NCBI GenBank assembly: GCA_944383415.1
Contig: CALWPK010000001.1
Coordinates: 11,261 to 75,260 of the forward strand
Source of the DNA: an uncultured Clostridia bacterium
GTDB taxonomy: Bacteria; Bacillota; Clostridia; Christensenellales; UBA1242
Direction of reading: 5' to 3'
Length of the DNA stretch: 64,000 nucleotides
The position numbers and the translations under genes were made by a program. How positions within the stretch are numbered: position 1 is the first letter of the stretch; each line of letters begins with the position of its first letter. Positions 9,814 through 19,490 of this stretch are shown here, piece after piece. A model generated the notes under the pieces. It worked only from the letters and a program-made list of their open reading frames with translations. It was not told where the DNA came from and ran no database searches.

Positions 9814-9840
9814 AAATCGCCGATTGGCGATTTTTTTGTT
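9813..9840 (+). terminator. Rho-independent terminator
   Basis: aaaatcgcc - gatt - ggcgatttt followed by a T-run, immediately after the stop codon. Confidence 0.85.
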
Positions 9841-9934
9841 TCACATTTTGTATCCAATTAATATTTGATAATTAAATATATATTAATTTCGATGTATCTG
9901 CAAAGTTTAAAATGGTTAATAAATTTTAATATTT

Positions 9935-11698
9935 TTATGGTTCAATGCTAACACTTTCATCACGACTGATCTGCACATTTTTTTCAGTCTCTTTCTGACT
10001 TGACGATACTACTTTTGCAACATTCGATTTTTGTATTAAATTTTCTCTTTCCGCATTGAAATTATCAATTTCTATATTACCAATTCCGAATTCTGCATTG
10101 CTTGCCACCTCACCATCTTTATGCTTTTGCTCATACCTAGATGATATCGTTCCATCTATTTCGTGTCTATTATTAACATTTGCATTCCTCACTGCACCTC
10201 GTATCAATCCGTGTCCTGAATTGGTGCTTTGGCTGGCTTTGCTTGATGCGGTCGTAGTCGGACTGACGCGTTTGGCTGTCTTGACTGAAGGTTTTTTACT
10301 CGCGTTGCCACCGCCTCCTCCCGAACTGCTTCCAGCAGACTTGTCAACTGTGGCTTGCGACTTGGGTTTGTTATCTACTTGTTTACTATCTGTTTTCGTA
10401 GGCTTACTTGTTTGCTCGGCATTTACGTTTGCCAATCTTTTCTTTTCAATTTGAGATATCTGCTCGCTTGTATTTGGGCTAGTGTTGTGCGTCACTGTAG
10501 CACCCTTATTCGATAGATATCTATACAACTCTGCACGATATGACGAAATTTCTTCTCCTTGTACCTGCCTCTTGCCCAAGATTGCTTTCATCCCACCATC
10601 TCCGATCGCTACGAGCAACCTAGAGGCGTCCGCAACGGGCGCATTCGCCACATCACCGACATTGAGTGCAATCGCTTCCGAGACATTTCTCTCTACCACA
10701 TTTTTTTCTATTTGCAAAGTCTCTTGCATAAGTTCGACAATGGATCTGCTTTGTTCAATATTATGCGTGTCTAAAATAATTTTATCTTTCTTCGTTGCAC
10801 TCAGTTCATCACCAATATGCTCTTCCTTAATTTCGAGAGTCTCAGATTTTATGTCGACTGCATCTCTTGACTTTATATTATATGCCACCTGCACATTATG
10901 TCTTTCTGATAAAAATTCTGCTCTTTCCTCCTCTGTCAATGCGTTTAGGTTGGCATACATAGACTTCTCTATGACTTCGTTCAACGTCTTGGCGAAGTTC
11001 GGTCTATCTATCCTGATGAAATCTTTTTTCTCTGACAAAGTCTTTTTCAACTCTTCATCTACAAGCACTTTCATTTTAGGATAATGGTCTATTATAGAAA
11101 GTATATTGACTGAATACTCCGCTTCAATCTCTTCCAACTGCTCTTCTTGATTTAGCAAAATTTCATTGGCTTTGATGAGATACTTGAATCTAGCGGTTAG
11201 TCCGAAAAGAGATGCCAAACTCTCCTCATCCATATTGAAAACGTCCAGCACTTCTCCTGGTGTAGAAGATATATTCCAACGTCTATATAATGCATTTTTA
11301 TCCACCACTCCAGACGTTTCAACTTCGTCCAAAATGTATTCGTTGATATTACTGTATGTTCCACTATTCAACTTGTTGTTCGCTTCAAAATTCATTTTCT
11401 CTACCAAAGAAAGTGTAGCACGATTGCCCTCAGTGGTGACTATGAATGTGATCTGTTTGTCAAACTTGATATTGCTTAGGCAAACTTCAATATTATCAAT
11501 AGCGTCTACGACATATTTTTGCATAGCGATCATTTCGTGCTTTATTTCGGGAGACAGCACATATTCGCCTTGAGAGTTGAAATCTCCCCACATATAACCA
11601 AGAATTGTATGTCGCAAATTGTTGAATTTCAGATATTCAATCTCTGCGCTATCTTCTACATATCCCAAATCAGAATCCTGTTTCAAATACTTAGCCAT
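9935..11698 (-). CDS. Hypothetical protein (587 aa) with a Ser/Gly/Lys-rich disordered segment
   Basis: AGGAG SD. Long ORF. Central-to-C-terminal low-complexity stretch ...KSAGSSSGGGGGNASKKPSVK... No recognisable domain. Confidence 0.75.
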   Translation of the reverse strand: MAKYLKQDSDLGYVEDSAEIEYLKFNNLRHTILGYMWGDFNSQGEYVLSPEIKHEMIAMQKYVVDAIDNIEVCLSNIKFDKQITFIVTTEGNRATLSLVEKMNFEANNKLNSGTYSNINEYILDEVETSGVVDKNALYRRWNISSTPGEVLDVFNMDEESLASLFGLTARFKYLIKANEILLNQEEQLEEIEAEYSVNILSIIDHYPKMKVLVDEELKKTLSEKKDFIRIDRPNFAKTLNEVIEKSMYANLNALTEEERAEFLSERHNVQVAYNIKSRDAVDIKSETLEIKEEHIGDELSATKKDKIILDTHNIEQSRSIVELMQETLQIEKNVVERNVSEAIALNVGDVANAPVADASRLLVAIGDGGMKAILGKRQVQGEEISSYRAELYRYLSNKGATVTHNTSPNTSEQISQIEKKRLANVNAEQTSKPTKTDSKQVDNKPKSQATVDKSAGSSSGGGGGNASKKPSVKTAKRVSPTTTASSKASQSTNSGHGLIRGAVRNANVNNRHEIDGTISSRYEQKHKDGEVASNAEFGIGNIEIDNFNAERENLIQKSNVAKVVSSSQKETEKNVQISRDESVSIEP

Positions 11699-11715
11699 AT
11701 AATTCTCCTAGTTAG

Positions 11716-11744
11716 ATTATAACATAGTCCTCCAAATTTCGCAA
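11716..11744 (-). promoter_or_regulatory. Sigma-A type promoter for the 587-aa gene
   Basis: Minus strand reads TTGCGA (11744..11739), 17 nt, TGT-TATAAT (11721..11716). Confidence 0.6.
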
Positions 11745-11772
11745 ACAAAAAATAGCGTACTTACGCTATTTA
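11745..11772 (-). terminator. Rho-independent terminator of prmC-prfA
   Basis: Minus strand reads AATAGCGTA-ag-TACGCTATT followed by TTTTTT. Confidence 0.8.
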
Positions 11773-11861
11773 TTATTTGATTTTTCAATGTTTTTTCATA
11801 AAATATTTTGGGACAAAACAATTGACTTAACAATATTTGCATATAGTTTTTTTCAGTCCTC

Positions 11862-12923
11862 TTACTCACTGAGTTTCCTCTGCTGGTCTGCTAGAGTCAG
11901 CGCGTCAATCATTTCATCCAAATCGCCGTTCATAAAATTTTCAATATTGTAAAGGCTGAGTCCTATTCTATGATCGGTCACCCTGCCTTGCGGAAAATTG
12001 TAGGTGCGGATGCGTTCGCTCCTATCCCCCGTGCCGACCTGACTTTTCCTATTTTGCCTATATTCTGCCTCTTTTTGCTGTTGATAATAATCATATATTT
12101 TTGCTCGTAACATTGCAAATGCTTTTTCCTTGTTCTGAGTCTGACTGCGCTCGTCTTGACAACTGACCACTATCCCAGTAGGAAAATGCGTGATACGAAT
12201 GGCAGATTCGGTCTTGTTGATGTGCTGACCGCCTGCACCACTACTCCTGAATAGGTCGATACGGATGTCCTTGTCATTGATCTCGACATCGGTGTCCTCC
12301 ATCTCAGGCAAGATAGCCACTGTAGCGGTAGAGGTATGCACCCTACCTTGACTCTCTGTCTCGGGCACTCTCTGCACTCTATGTACGCCAGATTCATATT
12401 TGAAACGCGAATACACGTTCTTGCCCTTGATCATCGCTTGCACCTCTTTGATTCCACCTAGTTCGGTCTCTTCAATGTTCATAATCTCCATTTTGAATTT
12501 GTGCGAATCGCAATACATCTGATACATTCTGAGCAAACTATGAGCAAACAGCGCACTCTCTTCCCCTCCAGCACCTCCGCGAATCTCTAGGATAACGTTC
12601 TTGGTGTCATTTTCATCTTTTGGCAAAAGCAAAATCTTCAATTGCTCTTCGCTAGCGGTGAGTTTTTCCTTCAGATCTTCACACTCATCCTTGAGCATAC
12701 TTTTCATCTCTGCATCTGTCTCGGTTTCGATCAAAAGTTTCGCATCTTCATAGTTCTTATTCAATTTTTCGTATTTTTCATATTCTTCCACCAAAGGTTG
12801 AAGTGAAGAATGTTCCTTCACTTTTTTCTGCCAAATCTTCGTATCCGCTATCACTTGTGGATCTGATATCTCACGAGTCAATATATCAAACTTTTCTTTG
12901 ATACCCTTCAATTTTTCTATCAT
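11862..12923 (-). CDS. prfA: Peptide chain release factor 1
   Basis: 353 aa with ...RVQRVPETESQGRVHTS... and the GGQ motif ...SGAGGQHINKTESA... Confidence 0.96.
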   Translation of the reverse strand: MIEKLKGIKEKFDILTREISDPQVIADTKIWQKKVKEHSSLQPLVEEYEKYEKLNKNYEDAKLLIETETDAEMKSMLKDECEDLKEKLTASEEQLKILLLPKDENDTKNVILEIRGGAGGEESALFAHSLLRMYQMYCDSHKFKMEIMNIEETELGGIKEVQAMIKGKNVYSRFKYESGVHRVQRVPETESQGRVHTSTATVAILPEMEDTDVEINDKDIRIDLFRSSGAGGQHINKTESAIRITHFPTGIVVSCQDERSQTQNKEKAFAMLRAKIYDYYQQQKEAEYRQNRKSQVGTGDRSERIRTYNFPQGRVTDHRIGLSLYNIENFMNGDLDEMIDALTLADQQRKLSE

Positions 12924-13765
12924 CTTCTACTCCTTTTAAATACCAGCACTCTATCTATCCCATTTAGATCTGGCACAACTTGCAATAGTTCATAATCTTT
13001 GAATATCGAAATGATGTCTTGTCTTTGATTGTATCCGATCTCAAGAATCACCGCTCCCCGATCGGTCAAGTGGTCTATGGCGTAAATTGCTATCCTTCTA
13101 TAAAAATCTAGCCCATCAACGCCTCCATCTAACGCCAGCAACGGATCATAGTCTTTCACTTCCCTACTCAAAGTCTTGATTTCATCACGAGCAATATAGG
13201 GAGGATTCGAAACGATCAAATCAAATCCGCTTTCGATTTTATCAAATAGATCGCTCAATATAAATTTGATATCAGTCGAATTTCGTTTTGCATTCGCCTT
13301 TGCTATTTTCAAGGCGGGTTTGGATAGGTCGGACGCAGTCATATCTATATCACAATTTTTTTTGATAGCAATAGCCAAGCACCCACTACCCGTGCACAAA
13401 TCTAAAACATTTTTGTATTGATTTTTCTTAATAAATTTTATAGCGGTATCAACCAAAATTTCACTATCCTGACGTGGAGAAAGCACATTTTTATCCACGA
13501 AAAATTCCAAGCCGTAAAAATATGATTTTTTGAATAATTTATCTATAGGAATCTCACTATTCATCCTTTTTTTTGCATAGTGACGAATCTCTTTTCCCTG
13601 ACGAGATGTGATCTCCTTGATCAATGGCAATTCAGTCCTCGACACTCCTAGCAGTTCGGACACAATAAAATCAATATCAGCACCATCTTTTCCGTGCTGA
13701 TTGTACACTCTTTTCAATTCGTTTCTGAGATCTATCAATTTCATAAATATAGTAGCACTTGGCAC
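12920..13765 (-). CDS. prmC: Release-factor glutamine N5-methyltransferase (HemK/PrmC)
   Basis: SAM motif ...VLDLCTGSGCLAI... and ...IVSNPPYIA... (NPPY). 4-nt overlap with prfA. The start is GTG 13765 or, more HemK-like, ATG 13744 (MKLIDLRNEL). Confidence 0.9.
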   Translation of the reverse strand: MPSATIFMKLIDLRNELKRVYNQHGKDGADIDFIVSELLGVSRTELPLIKEITSRQGKEIRHYAKKRMNSEIPIDKLFKKSYFYGLEFFVDKNVLSPRQDSEILVDTAIKFIKKNQYKNVLDLCTGSGCLAIAIKKNCDIDMTASDLSKPALKIAKANAKRNSTDIKFILSDLFDKIESGFDLIVSNPPYIARDEIKTLSREVKDYDPLLALDGGVDGLDFYRRIAIYAIDHLTDRGAVILEIGYNQRQDIISIFKDYELLQVVPDLNGIDRVLVFKRSRR

Positions 13766-13781
13766 AATTTTTTTCTAAAAA

Positions 13782-13828
13782 TAAAAAAATACGTGCCTTA
13801 TCTGCGAACGCAAAAAAAAGACACGTAA
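13782..13828 (-). terminator. Probable rho-independent terminator after rpmE
   Basis: Minus strand reads TACGTGTCTT - 18-nt loop - AAGGCACGTA (one G-U pair that forms only in the minus-strand RNA), then TTTTTTT. Confidence 0.5.
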
Positions 13829-13833
13829 ATTGG

Positions 13834-14052
13834 CTATTTCAATTTATGTTTCTTGTTGAATCTATCTACACGACCTTCTGTATCAACGAGTTTTTGCTGA
13901 CCAGTGAAGAATGGATGGCACTTATCGCAAACTTCTAGTTTGACAGTGTCTCCTGCTTTCACACCATTTTTTGAGGTCTTGCCTTTGAACTCATTGCCAC
14001 AAGCACATAGAAAAGTTACTTCTACATAATTAGGTTGAATATCTTTCTTCAT
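13834..14052 (-). CDS. rpmE: 50S ribosomal protein L31 (zinc-binding form)
   Basis: 72 aa, MKKDIQPNY..., with C16-x-C18 and C42-x2-C45-H. Confidence 0.95.
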   Translation of the reverse strand: MKKDIQPNYVEVTFLCACGNEFKGKTSKNGVKAGDTVKLEVCDKCHPFFTGQQKLVDTEGRVDRFNKKHKLK

Positions 14053-14106
14053 AACTACTCCTTAATAATCCTGGCTAAATGATTATAACTTGAAAATAGC
14101 CATTTG

Positions 14107-15357
14107 TCAACAGTTTTTTGAATAACTTTTGATAATCTTTTTGGCAAGTTCATTAATATCTCCAGCCCCAACGAATGCTGTAGCACCTTTATCCGTCAAA
14201 AAATTAAATAAACTTTTCATGGATGCGACATATTTTACATTTTGATTATATTTTTTCAACTCCAGATATAGATCGTGTGCGCTAAGCCCTGCGCTCGGTT
14301 TTTCACGCGCGGGATATTCTTTGAAAATACATAGATTCTTCACGCCCTTCAACGCCGATACGAATTCGGGCAAAAACATTTTTGTTCGAGAATATGTGTG
14401 CGGTTGAAAGACGATTTTATATTCCTTAAATTCGTTTGAGAACGCTTCTATAAACGACTTCAATTCAGTAGGATGGTGTGCATAATCTATGAAGATTTTT
14501 GCGTTTTTGTATTGCCCAAGATATTCGTATCTTCTCGGCACTCCGGAAAATGAATTGATCGCCTTGATGATCGTCTTTTCATCTATGCCTAGCACTTGAG
14601 CGACCGCAACGGCAAGTGAGATGTTGTTTACATTGTATTCCCCTTTGATTTTCGGATTCATTTTTAATTTTGTTTTAGACACAAATGTGACATCTTTTAT
14701 TCGTCTCAAAAAATTTGTATTCGGACTGTCAAACACAAATCTTTTTTGTCCTCGTTTTAAGAATGTCAAAAATGCGGTGCGTAAATTGAAAAAATTTTTA
14801 TATGTATCTAGATGTTCCGCCTCCACGTTGGTCACCACTGAAACAGCGGGTTTTAGTTTCAAAAAACTTTTGTTGTATTCGCACGCCTCGACCACCAAAT
14901 AATCATCCCCGCACCTAAAGCGAGGAGCAAAGACGTCCGCACCTATATGGCAAGAAACTTTTTTATTTGCCGTACGCAAAATCTCATATATTATTGACGC
15001 TGTCGTACTTTTCCCGTGCGTGCCAGCAACTGCTATGACGCACTTGAATTCGTCACACAATTTCGCCAAAATTTCGGCACGGTCAAAGATCGGACATTTC
15101 AATTTTTTTAAGTTAATTATATATTTGTTGGTATCACTGATAGCACCCGTTTTCACGCAAAAATCTACCTGCAAAAATTCACGTCTAAATCGGTTTGTCA
15201 CCTCAATACCTGCATTTTCACATATCTTCGTGTACTCGCTCTTCTTTTGATCATAGCCATACACCGTATAACCCTTTTCTTTATATGCAAGGGCTAGTTG
15301 ATGCATACTCACCCCGCCTATGCCTAGAAACAAAACTGATTGAAAATTCTTCTTCAT
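14107..15357 (-). CDS. murC: UDP-N-acetylmuramate--L-alanine ligase (Mur ligase, MurC-like)
   Basis: N-terminal Rossmann FLGIGGVSMHQLALAYKEKGYTVYGYD and P-loop AVAGTHGKSTTAS. ATG 15357 follows AGGTGA (the ORF-track GTG is at 15366). Confidence 0.85.
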   Translation of the reverse strand: MKKNFQSVLFLGIGGVSMHQLALAYKEKGYTVYGYDQKKSEYTKICENAGIEVTNRFRREFLQVDFCVKTGAISDTNKYIINLKKLKCPIFDRAEILAKLCDEFKCVIAVAGTHGKSTTASIIYEILRTANKKVSCHIGADVFAPRFRCGDDYLVVEACEYNKSFLKLKPAVSVVTNVEAEHLDTYKNFFNLRTAFLTFLKRGQKRFVFDSPNTNFLRRIKDVTFVSKTKLKMNPKIKGEYNVNNISLAVAVAQVLGIDEKTIIKAINSFSGVPRRYEYLGQYKNAKIFIDYAHHPTELKSFIEAFSNEFKEYKIVFQPHTYSRTKMFLPEFVSALKGVKNLCIFKEYPAREKPSAGLSAHDLYLELKKYNQNVKYVASMKSLFNFLTDKGATAFVGAGDINELAKKIIKSYSKNC

Positions 15358-15455
15358 TTTGATCACCTATACTCATATATGAATTTAATCTTTGAAAAGT
15401 AAATTGTACAATTGAATTATATTTTTAAAAAATATATAAATATAGCGAAAAATGT

Positions 15456-15484
15456 TTGCAAAATAAATTTTAATAGGGTAAAAT
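15456..15484 (+). promoter_or_regulatory. Promoter upstream of spoVG
   Basis: TTGCAA (15456..15461), 17 nt, TAAAAT (15479..15484). Confidence 0.5.
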
Positions 15485-15533
15485 AATAATGACTACAATG
15501 TAGTTAATCTAAAAAAGGGGAAGGTGAATAAAC

Positions 15534-15800
15534 TTGGACATCACAGACATTAGAATCAGATTGGTAAGCAAAGATGATAGCAAGTTGAAGGCCGTTGCCT
15601 CATTCACGATTGATAATGCATTTGTTGTGCACGATGTGAAGATTATTGAAGGCACCAATGGCAACTTTATCGCTATGCCATCAAAGCAAGCACCTAGTGG
15701 CGAGTACAGAGATATAGTACACCCATCTAACACTGAGACAAGAGAACAAATTAGTTCTGCTGTACTGGCTGCTTACGAGAAAGAAAAAAATAATCAATAG
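15534..15800 (+). CDS. spoVG: Septation/regulatory protein SpoVG
   Basis: TTG start after GGGGAAGGTG. MDITDIRIRLV...FVVHDVKIIEG...FIAMPS... matches the SpoVG family. Confidence 0.93.
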   Translation: MDITDIRIRLVSKDDSKLKAVASFTIDNAFVVHDVKIIEGTNGNFIAMPSKQAPSGEYRDIVHPSNTETREQISSAVLAAYEKEKNNQ

Positions 15801-15812
15801 TCTCAGTACGCT

Positions 15813-15847
15813 TCTGCATTAGTTCAATACTATGCAGATTTTTTTTA
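15813..15847 (+). terminator. Terminator after spoVG
   Basis: tctgcat - 12-nt loop - atgcaga followed by T9. Confidence 0.6.
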
Positions 15848-16132
15848 CTTTCACCATTGTTGTGGAAGTATTAAAATGAATCAAAGGATTCATAGATTGG
15901 ATAAAAACAAAAATATTAGATATCTAAACTAGTATGTATCTAAAATTTTAAGATTTGCCAAATTGATATAATATAAAAACGACTTAATATCCACATAAAT
16001 TATACACTGGTGAAAAATATGCTTGCTTTCTCAATGCAAATTGCATATTTAATACAAATTATATAAATTTTGGCACTTATTTATATTCGAATATAAATAT
16101 ATCACTTGAACTATATAGACTTTGCTATTCAA

Positions 16133-16163
16133 CAAAAAAACGAGCAAAATTGCTCGTTTTTTG
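16133..16163 (-). terminator. Bidirectional-looking terminator after the 1087-aa gene
   Basis: An A-run, then cgagcaa - aa - ttgctcg, then a T-run. It sits 5 nt beyond the stop at 16168. Confidence 0.8.
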
Positions 16164-16167
16164 TCTA

Positions 16168-19100
16168 TTATACCTCAGCCAAAAATGACAATCTAATTCC
16201 AGAGTGTTGACTCCAAATATTATTTGCAAAATCAAATGTCAATTCTCTTACGTATTCTTGATTAATAGGTATGAACAAATACCAAACTCTAGCAGTCAAA
16301 GTATGCGTACCTGTAAATGTAGAATATGTACCAAATTCGCTTGATGATACAACTTTCACATTGTTGTTGTTTCCACTAGTGTTGTATGAAGTATTCCACT
16401 GTCCGCTATTGAATTCGGCCACTATCATAGTTTTGCCGTTGGATGTAGCATTGTCATTATTGACTACCACACTTTCCATTCTACCAGATGCTGCAGTACC
16501 CGCATAAATATTGTAATTATCAGCCGTGCCTGAAGCCATAGTGTTGGTATAATCTCTCCAAGTTTCACGATAGAATGTTCCGTATCCGTTCAATGCGCTA
16601 TTGACTGTAGCATTTCTTAGTGTTGCAGTATTAGGGAAGATCAAAACTAACAGAGATGTCCTAGTATCATTCGTCCTACCATATAATTCGCTTACTGCTT
16701 GAATATCTGTCATTTCGCCAGAGGTGAAATTATAACATACTCCCGCTACGAACTTATCTCCTGTGATGTAGTTTTCAGATATAGCATTTGTATCTGGGTT
16801 GAATCCGCCAACCAATACTTGATTTATTTTCGCACCCACGTTGGCCATATTTACAACCACTCCAGAAACATAGTTTCCATATATGTCTGAACCTGCGATT
16901 GCTTGAGAGATAGAAGATCTGCTAGTTGAGTTGTTCGCTGCAATTCCGCCCACATAGAAGTTTTTGCCTGCATAGTATGAGCCGACTGTTTCCATCAGGT
17001 TGTACGCGTTGGTGATAGTCGCATTGTTTGTAGCAACGATTCCGCCTACATAGATATAAGACGCATTGATATTGCTAATTGAGATACCTCTACCTGTCAA
17101 ACGAACTTCAGATACCGTTCCGTTGTTTATAGCACTCGCACCACCTACGTACAATATGCGGTTAGTTTGCGAAATTGCGATATGAAGTTCAAGTGAAGAG
17201 TTCGTGATTGTACCATTATTTTCCGCACTGATACCTCCAACATACGCATCGATATCATTGCTAGAATATGTAATGTTTGCACTGCCTGACACGTTGTTGA
17301 TAGTGCCTGCGTTGACTGCTACTACACCTGCTAGTCTTTGACTTCCGTAAATGCTCGAAGCGGAGATTGTAGAATTCATTAAAATTCCGCTATCAATTCC
17401 TCCGACCAAACCGCCGACATAAGCAATGTTTGCGTTTGAAGTAATGTCCAATCCGCTGACACTACTATTAGTGATAGTTGAATTATCGTCCAATTTCGCC
17501 ACCAATCCGCCGAAATATGAAGATTGCAAGTTGATTGAAGATTCGAACTCAACTTTGACATTGTCTATATATGACGCACTATTGATAGACTCAGAGATGA
17601 CTTCACCAGCCAATGCACCTACATTTGTAGCCGAACTAGTGATATTGAATCTAACATTTTCAAGAGTCAAGTCTCGAACGGTCGAATTGTTTATCACTGA
17701 GAATAGTCCAGTATTTCCATCTTCCAAGGTGGTCAAATTCAGACCGATGATAGAATATCCATTTCCGTCAAATGAACTATTTCTGAGTTCTACTGGAGTC
17801 CAATCAATTCCTGTCAAGTCAACATCGCCATTCAAAACTATTTTCTTATCAACAATCGCTCCATTGCCTTCTTGGATATATTGTTCAATCTTTTCAATGA
17901 ATGTTTGACCATTATCTTCTGCTGTGCCATCTCCTGGATTATCTGGATTGCTAGGATCGTCTGGATCAATAGGGTCAGTAGGTTCGCCTATGTTGTCCTC
18001 TTCCATATCTCTTAGATAATATTCGCTAGAGACTGCACTTAAACTTGCGTTGGTCATTCTAAGTTCAGGTAGGGAACCAATCACAATGTCCCACGCTGAA
18101 TTGTCCCAATAAACTCTATTTTGTCCATCTATTGCATAGAAGATATATTCTGTGTTTGCTTCCAATAGATCTTCAGAATTATAATTGACAATGAAGTAGA
18201 TATGATTTGAACTATCGTAGAAACCTTTATCAAAGAATGTCTCGTCATAATTATTCACAACGCCAGTTCCACCATTGATCGTATAATTTCCGATCAAATG
18301 TCTTAACTGATTTGCATTCGCACTAACGAAGTTTGTACCCGCTTCTATTGTGCCAATAAATGACCCAAAGTTTACATACTCACTCGTAGATACTGAATAT
18401 GATTCTTGAATAGTACCATTATATGTAGAGATTACCAATTTACCAGCAAAACCACCCACGTTTCCGCTCGCATTCATCATAATGATGTCTGAGTCTGCGA
18501 AGGTTGCTTGCACTTTCGCTCTGTCAATCTCTCCTATCAGTCCACCTACCGTTGATGAGATATTAGAAGGGGTAGGATTTGCTTGACTTGATGCCGTGCC
18601 GATGGTGATCGTAGCGTTCTGAACACTAGAGATTGTGACCAAAGAATTTTCTCCCAATAAACTTCCGATCAATCCACCAGTCTTTGAGTTATTCATTGTG
18701 TTATTGATGCTTACATCCACTGCCTGTACTCTAGTGACAGTACCACTGACAATTCCTGCTAAAGCACCTGCTGTTTGATAGTTTCCATCTATCTCAACAC
18801 CTGACAGGTTCAAGTCTGATACTTTCGCACTGGCGCTCAATTGGGTAAATAGTCCAGCGTTTGCATAATCTGTTCCAGTCAAATGTAATGAACTGATAGT
18901 CTTGCCATTTCCATTGAATGTACCGCTAAACCCAATTGTCGTATTCGTATATCCTATTGGCTTGAAATCTTGAGTAAGGGTAATATCTGACATCAAAAGA
19001 TAACTTGAACTCAACGAATATGCATCTCCTATCTTTTCCAAATCTGCCTGACTATCAATGTAATAAGGGTTGTCTTGAGTGCCCTCTCCTATATGTACGC

Positions 19101-19431
19101 TGATTTGAAACTCTGGATATTTGTCATTGGTTGTGGTGATGATCAAGATCACTTCGCCACCCTTGTTTGCCACATAATAACCTTTATCCTCGTCGAAACT
19201 AATATATTCGGTGACTTCTTCACCCCCAGCGTTGTAGTCATAGGTGGTATTCCTATGCTCTTTATAGACTGTGTGGCCTAAATCGTCTAAGGTCACCACA
19301 TCGCCAACATTACAATAGATCTCTTTAGTTTTGAAGTCTATTGCTTCATCATTGCGCAAGAAATAATAAGTAGTGAGACCAATACATACAACTACCACGA
19401 TTGCTACTAGAAAAATTAAAAATTTCTTCAT
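16168..19431 (-). CDS. Large membrane-anchored surface protein with GLUG-like beta-helix repeats (1087 aa)
   Basis: Signal-anchor MKKFLIFLVAIVVVVCIGLTTYYF. Two entry segments (...DLEKIGDAYSLSSSYLLMSDITL...FSGTFNGNGKTISSLHL... and ...DVDLTGIDWTPVELRNSSFDGNGYSIIGLNL...). Each is followed by many turns such as VGGLIGEI, VGGFAGKL, FGGLVAKL, VGGLVGGI, VGGISAEN. Confidence 0.85.
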   Translation of the reverse strand: MKKFLIFLVAIVVVVCIGLTTYYFLRNDEAIDFKTKEIYCNVGDVVTLDDLGHTVYKEHRNTTYDYNAGGEEVTEYISFDEDKGYYVANKGGEVILIITTTNDKYPEFQISVHIGEGTQDNPYYIDSQADLEKIGDAYSLSSSYLLMSDITLTQDFKPIGYTNTTIGFSGTFNGNGKTISSLHLTGTDYANAGLFTQLSASAKVSDLNLSGVEIDGNYQTAGALAGIVSGTVTRVQAVDVSINNTMNNSKTGGLIGSLLGENSLVTISSVQNATITIGTASSQANPTPSNISSTVGGLIGEIDRAKVQATFADSDIIMMNASGNVGGFAGKLVISTYNGTIQESYSVSTSEYVNFGSFIGTIEAGTNFVSANANQLRHLIGNYTINGGTGVVNNYDETFFDKGFYDSSNHIYFIVNYNSEDLLEANTEYIFYAIDGQNRVYWDNSAWDIVIGSLPELRMTNASLSAVSSEYYLRDMEEDNIGEPTDPIDPDDPSNPDNPGDGTAEDNGQTFIEKIEQYIQEGNGAIVDKKIVLNGDVDLTGIDWTPVELRNSSFDGNGYSIIGLNLTTLEDGNTGLFSVINNSTVRDLTLENVRFNITSSATNVGALAGEVISESINSASYIDNVKVEFESSINLQSSYFGGLVAKLDDNSTITNSSVSGLDITSNANIAYVGGLVGGIDSGILMNSTISASSIYGSQRLAGVVAVNAGTINNVSGSANITYSSNDIDAYVGGISAENNGTITNSSLELHIAISQTNRILYVGGASAINNGTVSEVRLTGRGISISNINASYIYVGGIVATNNATITNAYNLMETVGSYYAGKNFYVGGIAANNSTSRSSISQAIAGSDIYGNYVSGVVVNMANVGAKINQVLVGGFNPDTNAISENYITGDKFVAGVCYNFTSGEMTDIQAVSELYGRTNDTRTSLLVLIFPNTATLRNATVNSALNGYGTFYRETWRDYTNTMASGTADNYNIYAGTAASGRMESVVVNNDNATSNGKTMIVAEFNSGQWNTSYNTSGNNNNVKVVSSSEFGTYSTFTGTHTLTARVWYLFIPINQEYVRELTFDFANNIWSQHSGIRLSFLAEV

Positions 19432-19462
19432 AATTCCTTCCCCACAATTATTTGATACACTT

Positions 19463-19490
19463 ATTATAACCTAAATTCGCAATTTGTCAA
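19463..19490 (-). promoter_or_regulatory. Sigma-A type promoter of the 1087-aa gene
   Basis: Minus strand reads TTGACA (19490..19485), 16 nt, TATAAT (19468..19463). Confidence 0.6.

Noticed and set aside
10482-11084. 200-aa plus-strand ORF, plus 10056..10454 and 11166..11573
   Set aside because: They are antisense to the 587-aa minus-strand gene, which has a promoter, SD and a much longer frame. They carry no start signals of their own.
15985-15997. DnaA-box-like 8/9 matches (aTATCCACA here; others at about 13491, 25473, 25606 and 55790), considered as origin signals together with the AT-rich tracts
   Set aside because: They are single, scattered and mostly intragenic. There is no cluster, no dnaA or dnaN nearby, and no strand-bias switch of genes.
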